64,000 nt of DNA from Candidatus Methylomirabilia bacterium. GTDB taxonomy: Bacteria; Methylomirabilota; Methylomirabilia; Rokubacteriales; CSP1-6. Shown here in pieces: positions 54,510 to 64,000 of this stretch. The stretch lies in assembly GCA_041490825.1 (NCBI GenBank), contig JBGPTW010000002.1:28445-92444 (forward strand), read 5' to 3'. The notes below the pieces were generated by a model. That model searched no databases, was not told the DNA's origin, and saw only the letters and a list, made by a program, of their open reading frames with translations. A program made the position numbers and the translations under genes. How positions within the stretch are numbered: position 1 is the stretch's first letter; every line of letters begins with the position of its first letter.

Positions 54510-55541
54510 TCAGCGCGCTCGGTGTCCCGCATAGCGGCGTGTGACGTTCGGGACGAGGTATTCGTTGAACGTGCGGTCGAGGTCATACCCTGGCCGGAAG
54601 TTCCAATCGCGACGGGCGCGCGTGTCGTCGACGTCCTCCGGCCACGAGTCCACGATAACTTGACGCCGAGCGTCGGGATTGAACGTGAGCTGCTCCGCCG
54701 GGAAGGCCTTGCGCACCATCGCGGCGATCTCGGCCGCGCTCACATTGAAGGCGGTCACGTTGTAGACCACGCTCGTCAGCGACTCCGCGGGTGCCTCGAG
54801 CAAGCCGAGCAGCGCCGCGATCGCGTCGGGCATCGCCATGAACGGAATGCGCGTGTCGTCGCGAACGAAACAGGCATAGGGACGACCCTGTGCTGCGGCG
54901 TGAATCATCTCCGGCGCGTAGTCGCTCGTCCCACCGCTTGGGACCGTGAAGGCGGAGATCAGTCCGGGGAACCGGATTGCGCGAAAGTCCACGCCGCTCG
55001 CTCCCTGCGCGGCGAGCTGACGGTAGTGGCGCGCGACATAGCGGCCGAGGTGCTCGCAGTAGAGCTTGTTGCAGCCGTACATCGTGATCGGCTGGAGCCA
55101 CTGCTCCTCGCTGAGCCGGCCCGCGCCGCGCTTCGTAGCGAGGTCGGGAAGACCGTAGACCGCGATCGAGCTGGGGAAGAGGAATTTCACCGGGCCGCCA
55201 TGCGAGCGGGCTTCCTCGACTGCCAGGTGGAGGAGGTTCAGCGTGCCTTGCACGTTGATCTCGTGCGCCGCCTCGGGGACGAACTCGGCTCGCGTCGAAA
55301 GGATCGCGGCCAGATGGAAGATGGCGGAGATCTCGAACTCGCTCATCAGCGCATCGAGCAGACGGCGATCGAGCACATCGCCAACGCGTGTTGCCGCGCA
55401 CTGCCGAGCGAGTTCAGGGTCGAGAGGCCGGACGTCGCACGCCAGGACATCGAACGAGCCGAGCTCGGCGAGGCGACGGATCAAACCGTGCCCCACCTCG
55501 CCGCCAGCGCCGGTCACGAGTACCGCGGGCTTGCGTGCCAC
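54510..55541 (-). CDS. tdh: L-threonine 3-dehydrogenase (SDR/epimerase-family type)
   Basis: [14 protein letters not shown] Rossmann motif, YGCNK catalytic Y-x3-K; 30 nt downstream of kbl stop; GTG start with GGAGAGGG SD. Confidence 0.85.
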   Translation of the reverse strand: MARKPAVLVTGAGGEVGHGLIRRLAELGSFDVLACDVRPLDPELARQCAATRVGDVLDRRLLDALMSEFEISAIFHLAAILSTRAEFVPEAAHEINVQGTLNLLHLAVEEARSHGGPVKFLFPSSIAVYGLPDLATKRGAGRLSEEQWLQPITMYGCNKLYCEHLGRYVARHYRQLAAQGASGVDFRAIRFPGLISAFTVPSGGTSDYAPEMIHAAAQGRPYACFVRDDTRIPFMAMPDAIAALLGLLEAPAESLTSVVYNVTAFNVSAAEIAAMVRKAFPAEQLTFNPDARRQVIVDSWPEDVDDTRARRDWNFRPGYDLDRTFNEYLVPNVTRRYAGHRAR

Positions 55542-55745
55542 GCCAATGTCCCTCTCCGAGAGTCTACGCTGTGCCTGATTCCAACGTCCTGGGGTAACGC
55601 CGGGACACCGATGGGGCAGCGTCGCAACGCTGCGGCAGCATAACCGTCCGAGATCCTTGATGCGCCTCGTGGCACCCCGGATGCACGTGTGCATGAGATC
55701 CAGATTCAGCCGGAGCGGAACGTCCAAGGACCCAGGAGATCAGTG

Positions 55746-56183
55746 ATGGCGAAACGATTCCTCGTTCCACTCGACACCAGTCCGGAAGCCGAACACCTGA
55801 TCCCGCTCGTCGCCGACGCGGCGCGCGCGACCGGTGCGACCGTGCGGCTGCTCCATGTCGCTCCGGTGCCCGGCAACGTCGTGAGTCCCGAGGGACGGAC
55901 CGTGGCGTATGCCGACCAGGAGATGACTCGGCTCGAGGCGGAATACACGAGCTACCTTCGCGGTCTGGAGGCCGAGCTCAGCGGCGTCGCCGTGGAGGCG
56001 GTGGTGAGGTTCGGCAAGCCGGCCGAGGAAATCCTGCAAGAGGCGGAGGCGTTCGGAGCCGACGTCATCGCGGTCACCACGACCTGCCGGAGCGCCGTGA
56101 AGCGAGCCCTGCTCGGGAGCGTTGCCGAGCAGCTCGTCAAGCAGGCGCGCCCGACGGTGATGCTGGTCCGGCCTGCCATGTGA
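55746..56183 (+). CDS. Universal stress protein (UspA family)
   Basis: MAKRFLVPLDTSPEAEHL...VRLLHV...IAVTTTCRSAVKRALLGSVAEQLVKQARPTVMLV; AGGAGA SD. Confidence 0.85.
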   Translation: MAKRFLVPLDTSPEAEHLIPLVADAARATGATVRLLHVAPVPGNVVSPEGRTVAYADQEMTRLEAEYTSYLRGLEAELSGVAVEAVVRFGKPAEEILQEAEAFGADVIAVTTTCRSAVKRALLGSVAEQLVKQARPTVMLVRPAM

Positions 56184-56427
56184 GTCGACCGGTGGCTCGG
56201 ACTGGATGATGCAGAACTGACCCGTGACGTCGAGCCCCGCGTGAGTCGGAAATACATTCCGTACGACAGCGGCTGCTCTACGCTTTGGCGCATTTGCCTC
56301 ACGAGTGGATCGGAATGCCGTGGCCCGGGCGCCCCATGTGGGGCCGGACGGCGCGCCTCACTCGGAACGCTCACACGCATTGTTCACGACTTCGGCTCCG
56401 GCGCGACTCTTGCTGCCCCAATACGCC

Positions 56428-57729
56428 ATGAGATTCCACGACCGTACCGACGCCGGCAAGAAGCTGGCGGACGCGCTCGTCCCGGTCATCAGGCCGCCCT
56501 GCGTCGTCGCCGGCATCCCGCGCGGCGGGGTCGCCATTGCGTTGCCCATCGTCGAGCGATTCGCTCTGCCGCTCACGGTCGTCTATGCGCGCAAGCTGAC
56601 CGCTCCGGTGGCCCCGGAGTTCGCATTTGGCGCGATCGACGAGGACGGTCACACGATCGTCGACTCGCGCTCCGTTGCAATGCTCGGACTCTCGTCGGCC
56701 GACGTGGACGAGGCGAAGGGGCGGGTGTCGAAGGAGATTCGACGTCGCATGACGACCTACGGCGTGCCCGCGCTCGGACACTACCTCCCCGACGCGGCTG
56801 TGGTCCTGGTGGACGATGGCCTCGCGACGGGGCTGACGATGCGGGTGGCGCTCGAGTACGCGCGCCGTCACGGGGCCCGCGAGATCATCGTCGCAGTCCC
56901 GTGCGCTTCCGAGCCCGCAGCGCGGGAATTCGAGCGCGCCGCGGACCACTTCGTCAGCCTGCTGGTGGACCCCGACTTCATGGCCGTCGGCCAGTACTAC
57001 ACAGATTTCGCGCCCGTGTCGGACGACGAGGTCATCGCGATGCTGAGCGGCGCGTTGGAACCAGGCGCCAGCGCTCCCCGCGCGGTCGACCGGAGCGACG
57101 CGCGCATTGTCTTCAAGAATTCGCGTGGTTTCACGCTGGCGGGTCGGCTCCTCGTGCCGTCGTCCTCCGGGCCTCACCCGGTGGTCGTCTTCGCGCACGG
57201 CTGGGGCAGCGGCAAGGACAGTCCGCGTAACACGGCGGTCGCCGAGGCGCTGCGGCGTCTCGGTTTCGCCGCGTTCCTGCTCGACTTCACCGGCCACGGC
57301 GAGAGTGAAGGGAAACCGGAGGATTCGACGCAAGAGCAACAGGTGGACGATCTCGCCGCCGCGCTCGGCGCGCTCGAAGGCCTTGACGAAATCGATGGCC
57401 GCCGGCTCGGCGTCGTCGGCGCGAGCTCCGGGGCTGCCGTGGCGGTCCTCGCCGCGGGACGTGACACGCGGATTCGCGCGCTGGTATTGCGATCTCCCAA
57501 CCTGACGGGTGTTGAAGGGGCGGTGTCGCGCGTGCGCGTGCCGGCGCTCCTCGTGGTCGGCGAGCACGACGCGCCGATTCGCGCTGCGCTCGCGCCCGTG
57601 GTCGGCCACTTCGGCGGTCCGCGCGCGCTCGAAGTCGTTCCGGGCGGCGACCATTTGTTCGAGGATCCCGCGGCGCTGGCATGCGCAACAGCGGCGACCG
57701 TCGCCTGGTTCAAAGACCACCTCAAATAG
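56428..57729 (+). CDS. Phosphoribosyltransferase (type I PRTase) fused to alpha/beta-hydrolase (dienelactone-hydrolase-like) domain
   Basis: PRTase PRPP-binding motif VVLVDDGLATGLTM; C-terminal hydrolase with VVFAHGWGSGKDS, nucleophile elbow GASSGAAVA, His (GGDHLF). Confidence 0.8.
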   Translation: MRFHDRTDAGKKLADALVPVIRPPCVVAGIPRGGVAIALPIVERFALPLTVVYARKLTAPVAPEFAFGAIDEDGHTIVDSRSVAMLGLSSADVDEAKGRVSKEIRRRMTTYGVPALGHYLPDAAVVLVDDGLATGLTMRVALEYARRHGAREIIVAVPCASEPAAREFERAADHFVSLLVDPDFMAVGQYYTDFAPVSDDEVIAMLSGALEPGASAPRAVDRSDARIVFKNSRGFTLAGRLLVPSSSGPHPVVVFAHGWGSGKDSPRNTAVAEALRRLGFAAFLLDFTGHGESEGKPEDSTQEQQVDDLAAALGALEGLDEIDGRRLGVVGASSGAAVAVLAAGRDTRIRALVLRSPNLTGVEGAVSRVRVPALLVVGEHDAPIRAALAPVVGHFGGPRALEVVPGGDHLFEDPAALACATAATVAWFKDHLK

Positions 57730-57959
57730 AGCGATCACGCGCCCGCGCACTCCCACGATGATCCGCGCGCTGGAGCTGCTCTACTTCATGGCGCCGGCCT
57801 ACGCGGCGAACATGGCACCGCCGTTCACGAGGTACCGGCGCGGATGGAACGGCCCGCTCCCGCTCCCGTGGGCGAAGAGGACGACGCCCCGGCTGGCGTC
57901 CGGAACGCTCAGGTTTCTTCGAGCGTCACCCGACCCGCCGGAATGCTCATGGAGCTCCT

Positions 57960-58889
57960 TCAAGATGCCGCCGCGCTCCCTGTCCTGGCGGCGCCGGCCG
58001 TGAATCGTGTGTCGAGCCATGCGGCGAGCAGCGGTACCGCGGAGACGATGACGATGCGAGGCGACGCCGCCCGAGCCGGAAGCGGCGTGGTGTCGGTGCA
58101 GTAGATCTGGCTCACGCCGAGCGACCAAAGGCGCTCCCACCGGGTTCCGGTGAAGAGGCCGTGCGTCGCTATGATGACGATCTCGCGCACGCCCGCGTTT
58201 CGAAGTGCCTCCGACGCCGAGATCAGCGTGCCTCCCGTGTCGAGGATGTCGTCGACGATGACAGCCACGGCGCCGGCGGCGCCGTGGAACGCCGAGTGGC
58301 TGACACCCGTTCCCGTTCGAGTCTTGGTGAACCAGGCGAGCGGTCGGTCGATGCCGGCGGCGTGACGCACGGCTTCGCATCGCGCGCGCGCGCCCTCGTC
58401 TGGCGCCACCACCGTCGGGTCCCGTAATCCCAGTGCGCGCAGCGTGTCGGCGAAGAGCTGGGCCGGTGACAGCGACGTCAGCGGAACGGGGACGAGCTGA
58501 TGGATCCTCGAGCTGTGGACGTCCACGGTGACGATCTCGTCGACCCCGGAAGCACGCAGAAGCTCGCCGAGCCACGCGGCGCCGAGACTCTTGCCGGGCT
58601 CGTCCCGGTCATGGCGCGCGTAGCCGAGGTAGGGCAACAGGGCCACCACACGGCTCGCGCCTGCCCGGTCGAGCGTGTGCGCGAGTAACAACGTCGCCAG
58701 TAAGTCCTCATCAGGCGGCGCAACCGCGCCAAGAAGCATGGCCTCATCGCCGGTGACCGGTGAGTCGACCGTGGCGTGCAGCTCTCCGTTCGAGAATCGG
58801 TCGATCGTGAAGCGGCCCGGCTTCACACCGGCGAGTCTCTCGAGCGTCGCGCCGAGGTGCGCGTGTCGAGGCAGGCTGAACAGCAGCAC
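57960..58889 (-). CDS. prs: Ribose-phosphate pyrophosphokinase (PRPP synthetase) family protein
   Basis: ...DRFSNGELHATV..., PRPP-binding VAVIVDDILDTGGTL; GTG start with GGTGAGGGA SD. Confidence 0.85.
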   Translation of the reverse strand: MLLFSLPRHAHLGATLERLAGVKPGRFTIDRFSNGELHATVDSPVTGDEAMLLGAVAPPDEDLLATLLLAHTLDRAGASRVVALLPYLGYARHDRDEPGKSLGAAWLGELLRASGVDEIVTVDVHSSRIHQLVPVPLTSLSPAQLFADTLRALGLRDPTVVAPDEGARARCEAVRHAAGIDRPLAWFTKTRTGTGVSHSAFHGAAGAVAVIVDDILDTGGTLISASEALRNAGVREIVIIATHGLFTGTRWERLWSLGVSQIYCTDTTPLPARAASPRIVIVSAVPLLAAWLDTRFTAGAARTGSAAAS

Positions 58890-58893
58890 GTGT

Positions 58894-59142
58894 TTATCCC
58901 TCACCGAAAGATCGGTATGGACAGGGGGTGCAACCTCGCTGCCACGACGTGGGCACCGCGGAGGACCTTCCAAGTGACAGGGAACAAGAGGAGGTCAGAG
59001 AGGTCGACTTCGCGGTTCTGCCGTCGGCGTCTGACCGCGACCCGCCTTGGCCCGGCTGGAAGTGTTCGCACGGACAATCAGGGACGCGGCACCTCCCGCC
59101 GAGCACGTGCTCCCTCTCGAGATGACCGCAGATGCAGTGCAT
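58894..59142 (-). CDS. Small Cys/His-rich putative metal-binding protein (82 aa)
   Basis: GGAAGGAGG SD 4 nt before ATG; MHCICGHLEREHVLGGRCRVPDCPCEHF...; immediately upstream of prs. Confidence 0.4.
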   Translation of the reverse strand: MHCICGHLEREHVLGGRCRVPDCPCEHFQPGQGGSRSDADGRTAKSTSLTSSCSLSLGRSSAVPTSWQRGCTPCPYRSFGEG

Positions 59143-59419
59143 GTTGCCTCCTTCCGCGTCGTGCGCCTCGCGGCCAGTTACGCCAGCAACCTTCCTGCCA
59201 GAGCTTGAATCGCGGGAAGCGTCCTTCGATCCTGGCACTACTCGAGGCATCTCGCCGCCGGCGATTGGTCGCGGCCGAGGCGTTCCGCGCGACGCTCGCG
59301 GGACCCACCGGTGTGCACGTGCACGTGGAGCCCATGCACGTCGACGCGGAACGCGATGGGCTCAGGCGAGCTGACCTTGCAGGCGGACGTGGAGTCGGCG
59401 ACGATTCCGAGCCGCCGGA

Positions 59420-60832
59420 CTAGTTTTCGATGAAGCTCCGGAGCGCCTTGGCGCTGACCGGCTGGCGCAGCTTGCTCAGTGCCCGGGTCTCGATCTGGCG
59501 GATCCGTTCGCGAGTGAGCGCGAAACGCGTTCCGATCTCTTCGAGTGTCTGGGGCTCGGTGTCACCGAAGCCGAAGCGGAGCCGCAGCACCCGCTGCTCC
59601 CTCTCCGTGAGGTTGGTCAGCGCGCGCGCGACGTGGAGCGAGAGGTCTTCTGCCAGAACTGGGTCGGTCGGCGCACCGGTAGAGCGGTCCTCGAGCACGT
59701 CGCTGAGCAGCAGGTTCTCACCGATCGGGGTCTCGAGCGACAGCGGCTTCGGCGCGGCGTTGAGGACCAGCCGGACCTTCTTGGCCGGCAGCCGGGTGCG
59801 CCGCGCGATCTCTTCCAGCGTGGGCTCCTTGCCAAGCTCGCTGGCCATCTGCCGGCTCGCTCGCGAAACGCGATTCAACGTCTCGACCATGTGGACCGGG
59901 ATCCGGATCGTCCGGCTGCGGTCGGCGATGGCGCGCGTGATCGACTGCCGGATCCACCATGTGGCGTACGTCGAGAACTTGAAGCCGCGACGGTACTGGA
60001 ACCGGTCGACCGCCTTCAAAAGTCCGAAGTTCCCGTCCTGGACCAGGTCGAGAAGCGGCACGCCGCTCGATCGGACGTAGCGCTTTGCGATGGAGACCAC
60101 CAATCGAAGGTTGGCTTCGATCATCTCGCGCTTGGCCTGGTTCACCGCGGCAGCGTTTTCATCGATCTCGGCCAGCAGCGCCTGGAGGCGCGGGCGGGAC
60201 ACGCCGACTTCTCGCTCGAGCGCCCGGAGCTCGCGCCGGGCGCCGGCCTGGGTCCGGTCGAGCCCGGCCATCCGATCCGACAGCCGGCGGACGCTCTCGA
60301 CGAAAGCGTCGACGAGGACGGGTTTAAGGGGCAGGTCGGCGACGAGCCTCTCGAGCCGAGCGCGATTCGCGGCGGTCGTCTTCGTCTGAGCCGTCCGGAG
60401 CCGCCGGATCTGAGCGAACGAGCGCTGGATCGGGGCGAGCGCTCGGGCATCCAGCTCTCCGCCTTCCGGCAGGACGATCACATTCTCCGCGGCCACTTCG
60501 CCGCGGCGGAGCCGCTCGCCGGTCTCGACGAGCCCTCGGAGGGCCATCGGGATGCGGGCGAGGGCACGGCGGAGGCCGATCTGACCGGCCTCGATACGCC
60601 GCCCGATTTCGACCTCCTGCTTGGCGGTCAGGAGCGGAACTTTCCCGATGTTGCCGAAGTAGAGGGCCACGAGATCCTCGCCGAGCTCAGCCGGCCGCCC
60701 TTCCTCGGCGAGGAGTGTGTCGCCGGCCTCCGGGTCGTAAGCCAGCGCGGCGCCGTCGTCGAGCAGCCCCGCTGGATCCCGTTCGATGCCGTGATCGATG
60801 TCGTCGTGAACCTCGGCGCTCTTGAATGTCAT
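59420..60832 (-). CDS. RNA polymerase sigma-70 family factor (RpoD-like, group 1/2)
   Basis: Region 2 ([43 protein letters not shown]), region 3, region 4.2 ([28 protein letters not shown]). Confidence 0.9.
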   Translation of the reverse strand: MTFKSAEVHDDIDHGIERDPAGLLDDGAALAYDPEAGDTLLAEEGRPAELGEDLVALYFGNIGKVPLLTAKQEVEIGRRIEAGQIGLRRALARIPMALRGLVETGERLRRGEVAAENVIVLPEGGELDARALAPIQRSFAQIRRLRTAQTKTTAANRARLERLVADLPLKPVLVDAFVESVRRLSDRMAGLDRTQAGARRELRALEREVGVSRPRLQALLAEIDENAAAVNQAKREMIEANLRLVVSIAKRYVRSSGVPLLDLVQDGNFGLLKAVDRFQYRRGFKFSTYATWWIRQSITRAIADRSRTIRIPVHMVETLNRVSRASRQMASELGKEPTLEEIARRTRLPAKKVRLVLNAAPKPLSLETPIGENLLLSDVLEDRSTGAPTDPVLAEDLSLHVARALTNLTEREQRVLRLRFGFGDTEPQTLEEIGTRFALTRERIRQIETRALSKLRQPVSAKALRSFIEN

Positions 60833-60945
60833 GTGTCCTGATTCCTGCTATTTAGATGCTCGAGCCCGGCGAATCGTTTCGGCAGGGCATGCCGGTTACG
60901 TCCATGGGCCGAGGCGCCACGGAGGCGTCGCCACGGAGGCGTCGA

Positions 60946-61176
60946 ATGAAGAAATCGCTCCTGCTCATGTTGCTACCGCTGACGTTTCTCCCCGGCTGCT
61001 TTGGCACCGCGTGGCCGCGCGGCACCTGGACCCGGGCGGCCACCGCCAGTGGGCAGCAGCTCCACGACCAGTACGAGTGCGAGCGGCAAGCAGCCCGGTA
61101 CCGGGCCGCCGGACTGTCACCCGAGACGGTCTACGCCGACTGCATGCGCGCCCGCGGCTACGAGCGTGTCAGGTGA
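60946..61176 (+). CDS. Small lipoprotein
   Basis: MKKSLLLMLLPLTFLPGC lipobox. Confidence 0.5.
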   Translation: MKKSLLLMLLPLTFLPGCFGTAWPRGTWTRAATASGQQLHDQYECERQAARYRAAGLSPETVYADCMRARGYERVR

Positions 61177-61260
61177 GCCGCTCGTATGCTCCCGGCCAGG
61201 AATCGCATCGCGACCCGTTCCTGCGGCCGGCCCCGGGTCCGCCCTTCTCGACGCGCGCGT

Positions 61261-61482
61261 CTATGCGCTCACGAGCTGCACCTCGGCACCCGTGCCGAGA
61301 TGCTCCTTGAGGTGCGCGACGATGCGCTGGAGCTGCTGCTCATCGGTCTGTTGCATGTAGCTCCAGATCTGCTGGCAGTCCGGGCATGACTTCGCGTCAC
61401 GATGGAACGTTCCGTATCGATGCAGTCCCTTGGACAGCACTGCCGCCGTCTCCATGAGGTCATACGTGCTGTTATTGAGCAT
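61261..61482 (-). CDS. Small hypothetical protein (73 aa)
   Basis: GGGGAGAG SD 6 nt upstream of ATG; MLNNSTYDLMETAAVLSKGLHRYGTFHRDAKSCPDCQQIW...; no domain recognised. Confidence 0.4.
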   Translation of the reverse strand: MLNNSTYDLMETAAVLSKGLHRYGTFHRDAKSCPDCQQIWSYMQQTDEQQLQRIVAHLKEHLGTGAEVQLVSA

Positions 61483-61904
61483 CGCGTTCTCTCCCCTCGA
61501 GACCGTGTGGCTCGAGTCTCATGTGAGTAAAACGTGCTGATATCTCGGCTCAGGCAGAGCGCCGTGAGCGTAGCCAAGGATGTGGATGAGCGCTGCAACG
61601 ATGCTGCCACGGCAACTTGCGCCCGAGGAACATCGCTAAGTATCCACCGATCGCGAGCCTGCCTTCACCGGACAGTGGCCGCTCGTTTGCGGTCACCGGA
61701 GAGGTCGTGGGGAGCGGCCGACTCACCTGGGGTGAGCGAGGGACAACCAAGCGACGACCACCGGAGAGAGCCCGGAGCGTAAGCACCATCAAGGCATCAA
61801 AATGTCTGGGGCCTTTCCTGGCACCTCCGATGCACCTTCCCGCAAGAATTCCAGGAGGTCCACTTCACGTGAGTGGCGGCCTACCGGAACTCGAGGGAAG
61901 GACG

Positions 61905-62381
61905 ATGACCACCGTGCGCCGGATTCTCCACGCGACCGACTTTTCCCAGGCCTCACGCCCCGCTTTCGCCAGGGCGCTCGAGTGGGCGAAGCGCGGTCGC
62001 GCTGCGCTCCTGCTCGTCCACGTCCTGCCCCCGGTGAGGCCGGTCCTCGAAGACAGCTACATCCCGGCCACGATGTACCGGGACGTGGAGGCGGCGGCTG
62101 ACCGCCGTGCCGAGCACGAGCTCGGCGCGCTGGCCGCACGAGCGAGAAAGGCGGGGATCCGCGCTTCGGTCATGGTCCTCCACGGCGCGCCGTTCGAGCA
62201 GATCGTCCGCGCGGCGCAGCGACAGCGCGCGGGGCTCGTCGTGATCGGCACCCACGGGCGCACCGGGCTCTCACGCTTCGTCATGGGCAGCGTCGCCGAG
62301 CGAGTGGTCACGCAGGCCGGATGCCCGGTTCTCACCGTCCCCGCGAACGCGTCATCACGAACGGTGAAAGCCGGACGATGA
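61905..62381 (+). CDS. Universal stress protein (UspA family)
   Basis: RRILHATDFSQASRPAF...LLLVHV...VVIGTHGRTGLSRFVMGSVAERVVTQAGCPVLTV; GGGAAGGA SD. Confidence 0.85.
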   Translation: MTTVRRILHATDFSQASRPAFARALEWAKRGRAALLLVHVLPPVRPVLEDSYIPATMYRDVEAAADRRAEHELGALAARARKAGIRASVMVLHGAPFEQIVRAAQRQRAGLVVIGTHGRTGLSRFVMGSVAERVVTQAGCPVLTVPANASSRTVKAGR

Positions 62382-62653
62382 TGGTTGCCGATCCAATTCG
62401 CTCGCCGATTCTCGTGGTACGCCTCATGAGCGATCCGTGCCTGTGGTCCTGGGAGATCCGTGAGGTCGACGACGCGCTCGTCGAGAGCGGCTGGATCTCC
62501 ACGTGGGAGGCGTACGACTCGCGGGAAGCCGCCGAGGCCGCGGGCCGGCGACGCCTCAACGAGCTCGTCGCCGGGGATCGCCTTGCCCCAGATACGAGAC
62601 GGCCTGCTGCTCGTATCATCCCCGCGCGTTCTACACTCGACCGGGCGAGCTGA
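62378..62653 (+). CDS. Hypothetical small protein (91 aa) translationally coupled to usp
   Basis: ATGA overlap with usp stop; MMVADPIRSPILVVRLMSDPCLWSWEIREVDDALVESGWISTWEAYDSREAAEAAGRRRLNELV... Confidence 0.35.
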   Translation: MMVADPIRSPILVVRLMSDPCLWSWEIREVDDALVESGWISTWEAYDSREAAEAAGRRRLNELVAGDRLAPDTRRPAARIIPARSTLDRAS

Positions 62654-62667
62654 TCTCGACGACAGGA

Positions 62668-64000
62668 ATGAGCCGCGTGGACAACCTTGCGCGGATGTTC
62701 TGGCAACGGGTCCAGGAGAGCGGGGGCGCCGACGCGCAAATGGTGAAGCGCGCGGGCGTCTGGCGGCGGCTCACCTGGACCGAGGTGGGGAATGGCGTTC
62801 GCGAGATCGCGGTGGGCCTCCTCGCCCTGGAACACCACCCCGGCGATGCAGTCGGGCTCCTGTCCACGAGCCGAGCCGAATGGGTCCAGACGGATTTCGC
62901 GATCCTCTCGACCGGCGGCGTCACCGTACCGATCTACGCCACGTACACGCCCGAGCAGATCGCATACATCGTGAACGATGCCGAGGTCCGGATGCTGATC
63001 GTGGAGAACGCGAGCCAGCTCGCCCGCGTGCTCGCCATGCGTCAGAAGATGCCGCGACTCCAGCACATCGTGGTCATCGACGACGACGAGACGTGCGGAG
63101 CGGCGCTGACCGGACAGGACCTTCGCCGGCTCGGGCGCGATCACGCCAGTGCGCTGGAACGAGCGCTCGCCGAGCGCGTGTCCGCGCTGGATTCGGCCGA
63201 TGTTGCGACGATCGTGTACACATCAGGGACGACGGGCGAGCCGAAGGGCGTCGTGCAGACCCACGCGAACCACATGGCGACGCTCGCGGCTGTCGCCCAG
63301 ATTCCCGGGGTCCAGCCCGGGGACGTTCACCTGCTCTTTCTTCCGCTCGCCCACTCCTTCGCCCGCCTCGAGGCCTTCATGGGCGTGCATCGGGGACTGG
63401 TCACCGCGTTTGCCGAGAGCGTGGATGCGCTGCCCCACAATCTCCGCGAGGTACGACCTGACTTCGTCTTCGGCGTTCCGCGCGTGTACGAGAAGGCGCA
63501 GGCGAGAATCCAGGCTGCTGTCGAGGTGAGCCCGCCTGTCGCTCGGCGCCTCTTTGCCTGGGCTCTGCGCGTCGGTCGCGCGGTATCCCGGTACCAGCAG
63601 AAGAGGCAGCCTGTCCCCGCTCGGCTCGCCCTTGCTCACCGCGTCGCCCGGCGTGCCGTGTTCTCGAAGCTCCACGAAGCCTTTGGCGGGCGGCTGCGCT
63701 TCGCCGTGTCCGGCGGCGCTCCACTCTCGCAGGAGACCGCGGAGTTCTTCCACGCCGCCGGCATTCTCATCGTCGAAGGCTACGGTCTCACCGAAGCCTG
63801 CCCGGCGCTGACGTTCAACCGTATCGACTTCTTCAAGTTCGGCTCGGTGGGGCAAACGATCCCCGGTGTCGAGATCCGGCTCGCGGCAGACGGCGAGATC
63901 CTCGCGCGCGGGCCGAACATCGCGACCCGCGGGTACTGGAGGAAGCCGGAAGCGACCGCCGAGACATTCGGGACGGACGGTTGGCTCCGCACCGGCGACA
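62668..64000 (+). CDS. Long-chain fatty-acid--CoA ligase (AMP-dependent synthetase), 5' partial (runs off window end)
   Basis: Open frame from ATG 62668 to window end, not in the ORF track because no stop; YTSGTTGEPKGV AMP-binding motif, EGYGLTEA, GYWRKPEAT...GWLRTGD. Confidence 0.85.
   Translation, partial: MSRVDNLARMFWQRVQESGGADAQMVKRAGVWRRLTWTEVGNGVREIAVGLLALEHHPGDAVGLLSTSRAEWVQTDFAILSTGGVTVPIYATYTPEQIAYIVNDAEVRMLIVENASQLARVLAMRQKMPRLQHIVVIDDDETCGAALTGQDLRRLGRDHASALERALAERVSALDSADVATIVYTSGTTGEPKGVVQTHANHMATLAAVAQIPGVQPGDVHLLFLPLAHSFARLEAFMGVHRGLVTAFAESVDALPHNLREVRPDFVFGVPRVYEKAQARIQAAVEVSPPVARRLFAWALRVGRAVSRYQQKRQPVPARLALAHRVARRAVFSKLHEAFGGRLRFAVSGGAPLSQETAEFFHAAGILIVEGYGLTEACPALTFNRIDFFKFGSVGQTIPGVEIRLAADGEILARGPNIATRGYWRKPEATAETFGTDGWLRTGD

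Overview
This is a high-GC (roughly 68-70%) bacterial chromosomal segment with strong Shine-Dalgarno sites and frequent 4-nt stop/start overlaps (operons). Two very different parts are visible.

Part A, about 1-9.7 kb, is a defense-island-like region:
- An N-terminal Swt1-type HEPN motif fused to a DUF499 P-loop ATPase (component of DUF499/DUF1156 R-M-like systems; partner genes would lie upstream, outside the window).
- A clearly lower-GC, translationally coupled pair on the minus strand: an NdpA/YejK-like nucleoid-associated protein followed by a frameshifted RelA/SpoT-domain (small alarmone synthetase/toxSAS-like) gene. This is my best candidate for an undescribed toxin/abortive-infection module.
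- An orphan wHTH gene fragment.
- An AAA+ ATPase plus S8 subtilase operon resembling the reported ietAS architecture.

Part B, about 10-64 kb, is a very large stress/dormancy supercluster. Its content strikingly mirrors the mycobacterial DosR (hypoxia) regulon:
- six universal stress proteins (three with tandem domains);
- at least seven CBS-pair proteins;
- HPF, a BON protein, and a cytochrome c;
- three tandem P2-type ATPases;
- FtsH and a GroEL paralog with no GroES;
- two DksA/TraR zinc fingers;
- a pcm plus archaeal-type SAM synthetase plus archease plus RtcB repair operon;
- RtcA, a CapA-like protein, a class II (B12) ribonucleotide reductase, a PRTase-hydrolase fusion with a dedicated PRPP synthetase;
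- an acyl-CoA synthetase plus E1a/E1b/E2 plus ACP cluster, an ACP-FAAL-acyltransferase fusion, kbl-tdh, and a sigma-70.

Several candidate operator palindromes and small strongly-SD-driven ORFs are noted. Two genes carry apparent single-nucleotide frameshifts, which may reflect assembly error. The window contains many long antisense ORFs, typical high-GC artefacts, and these were not called.
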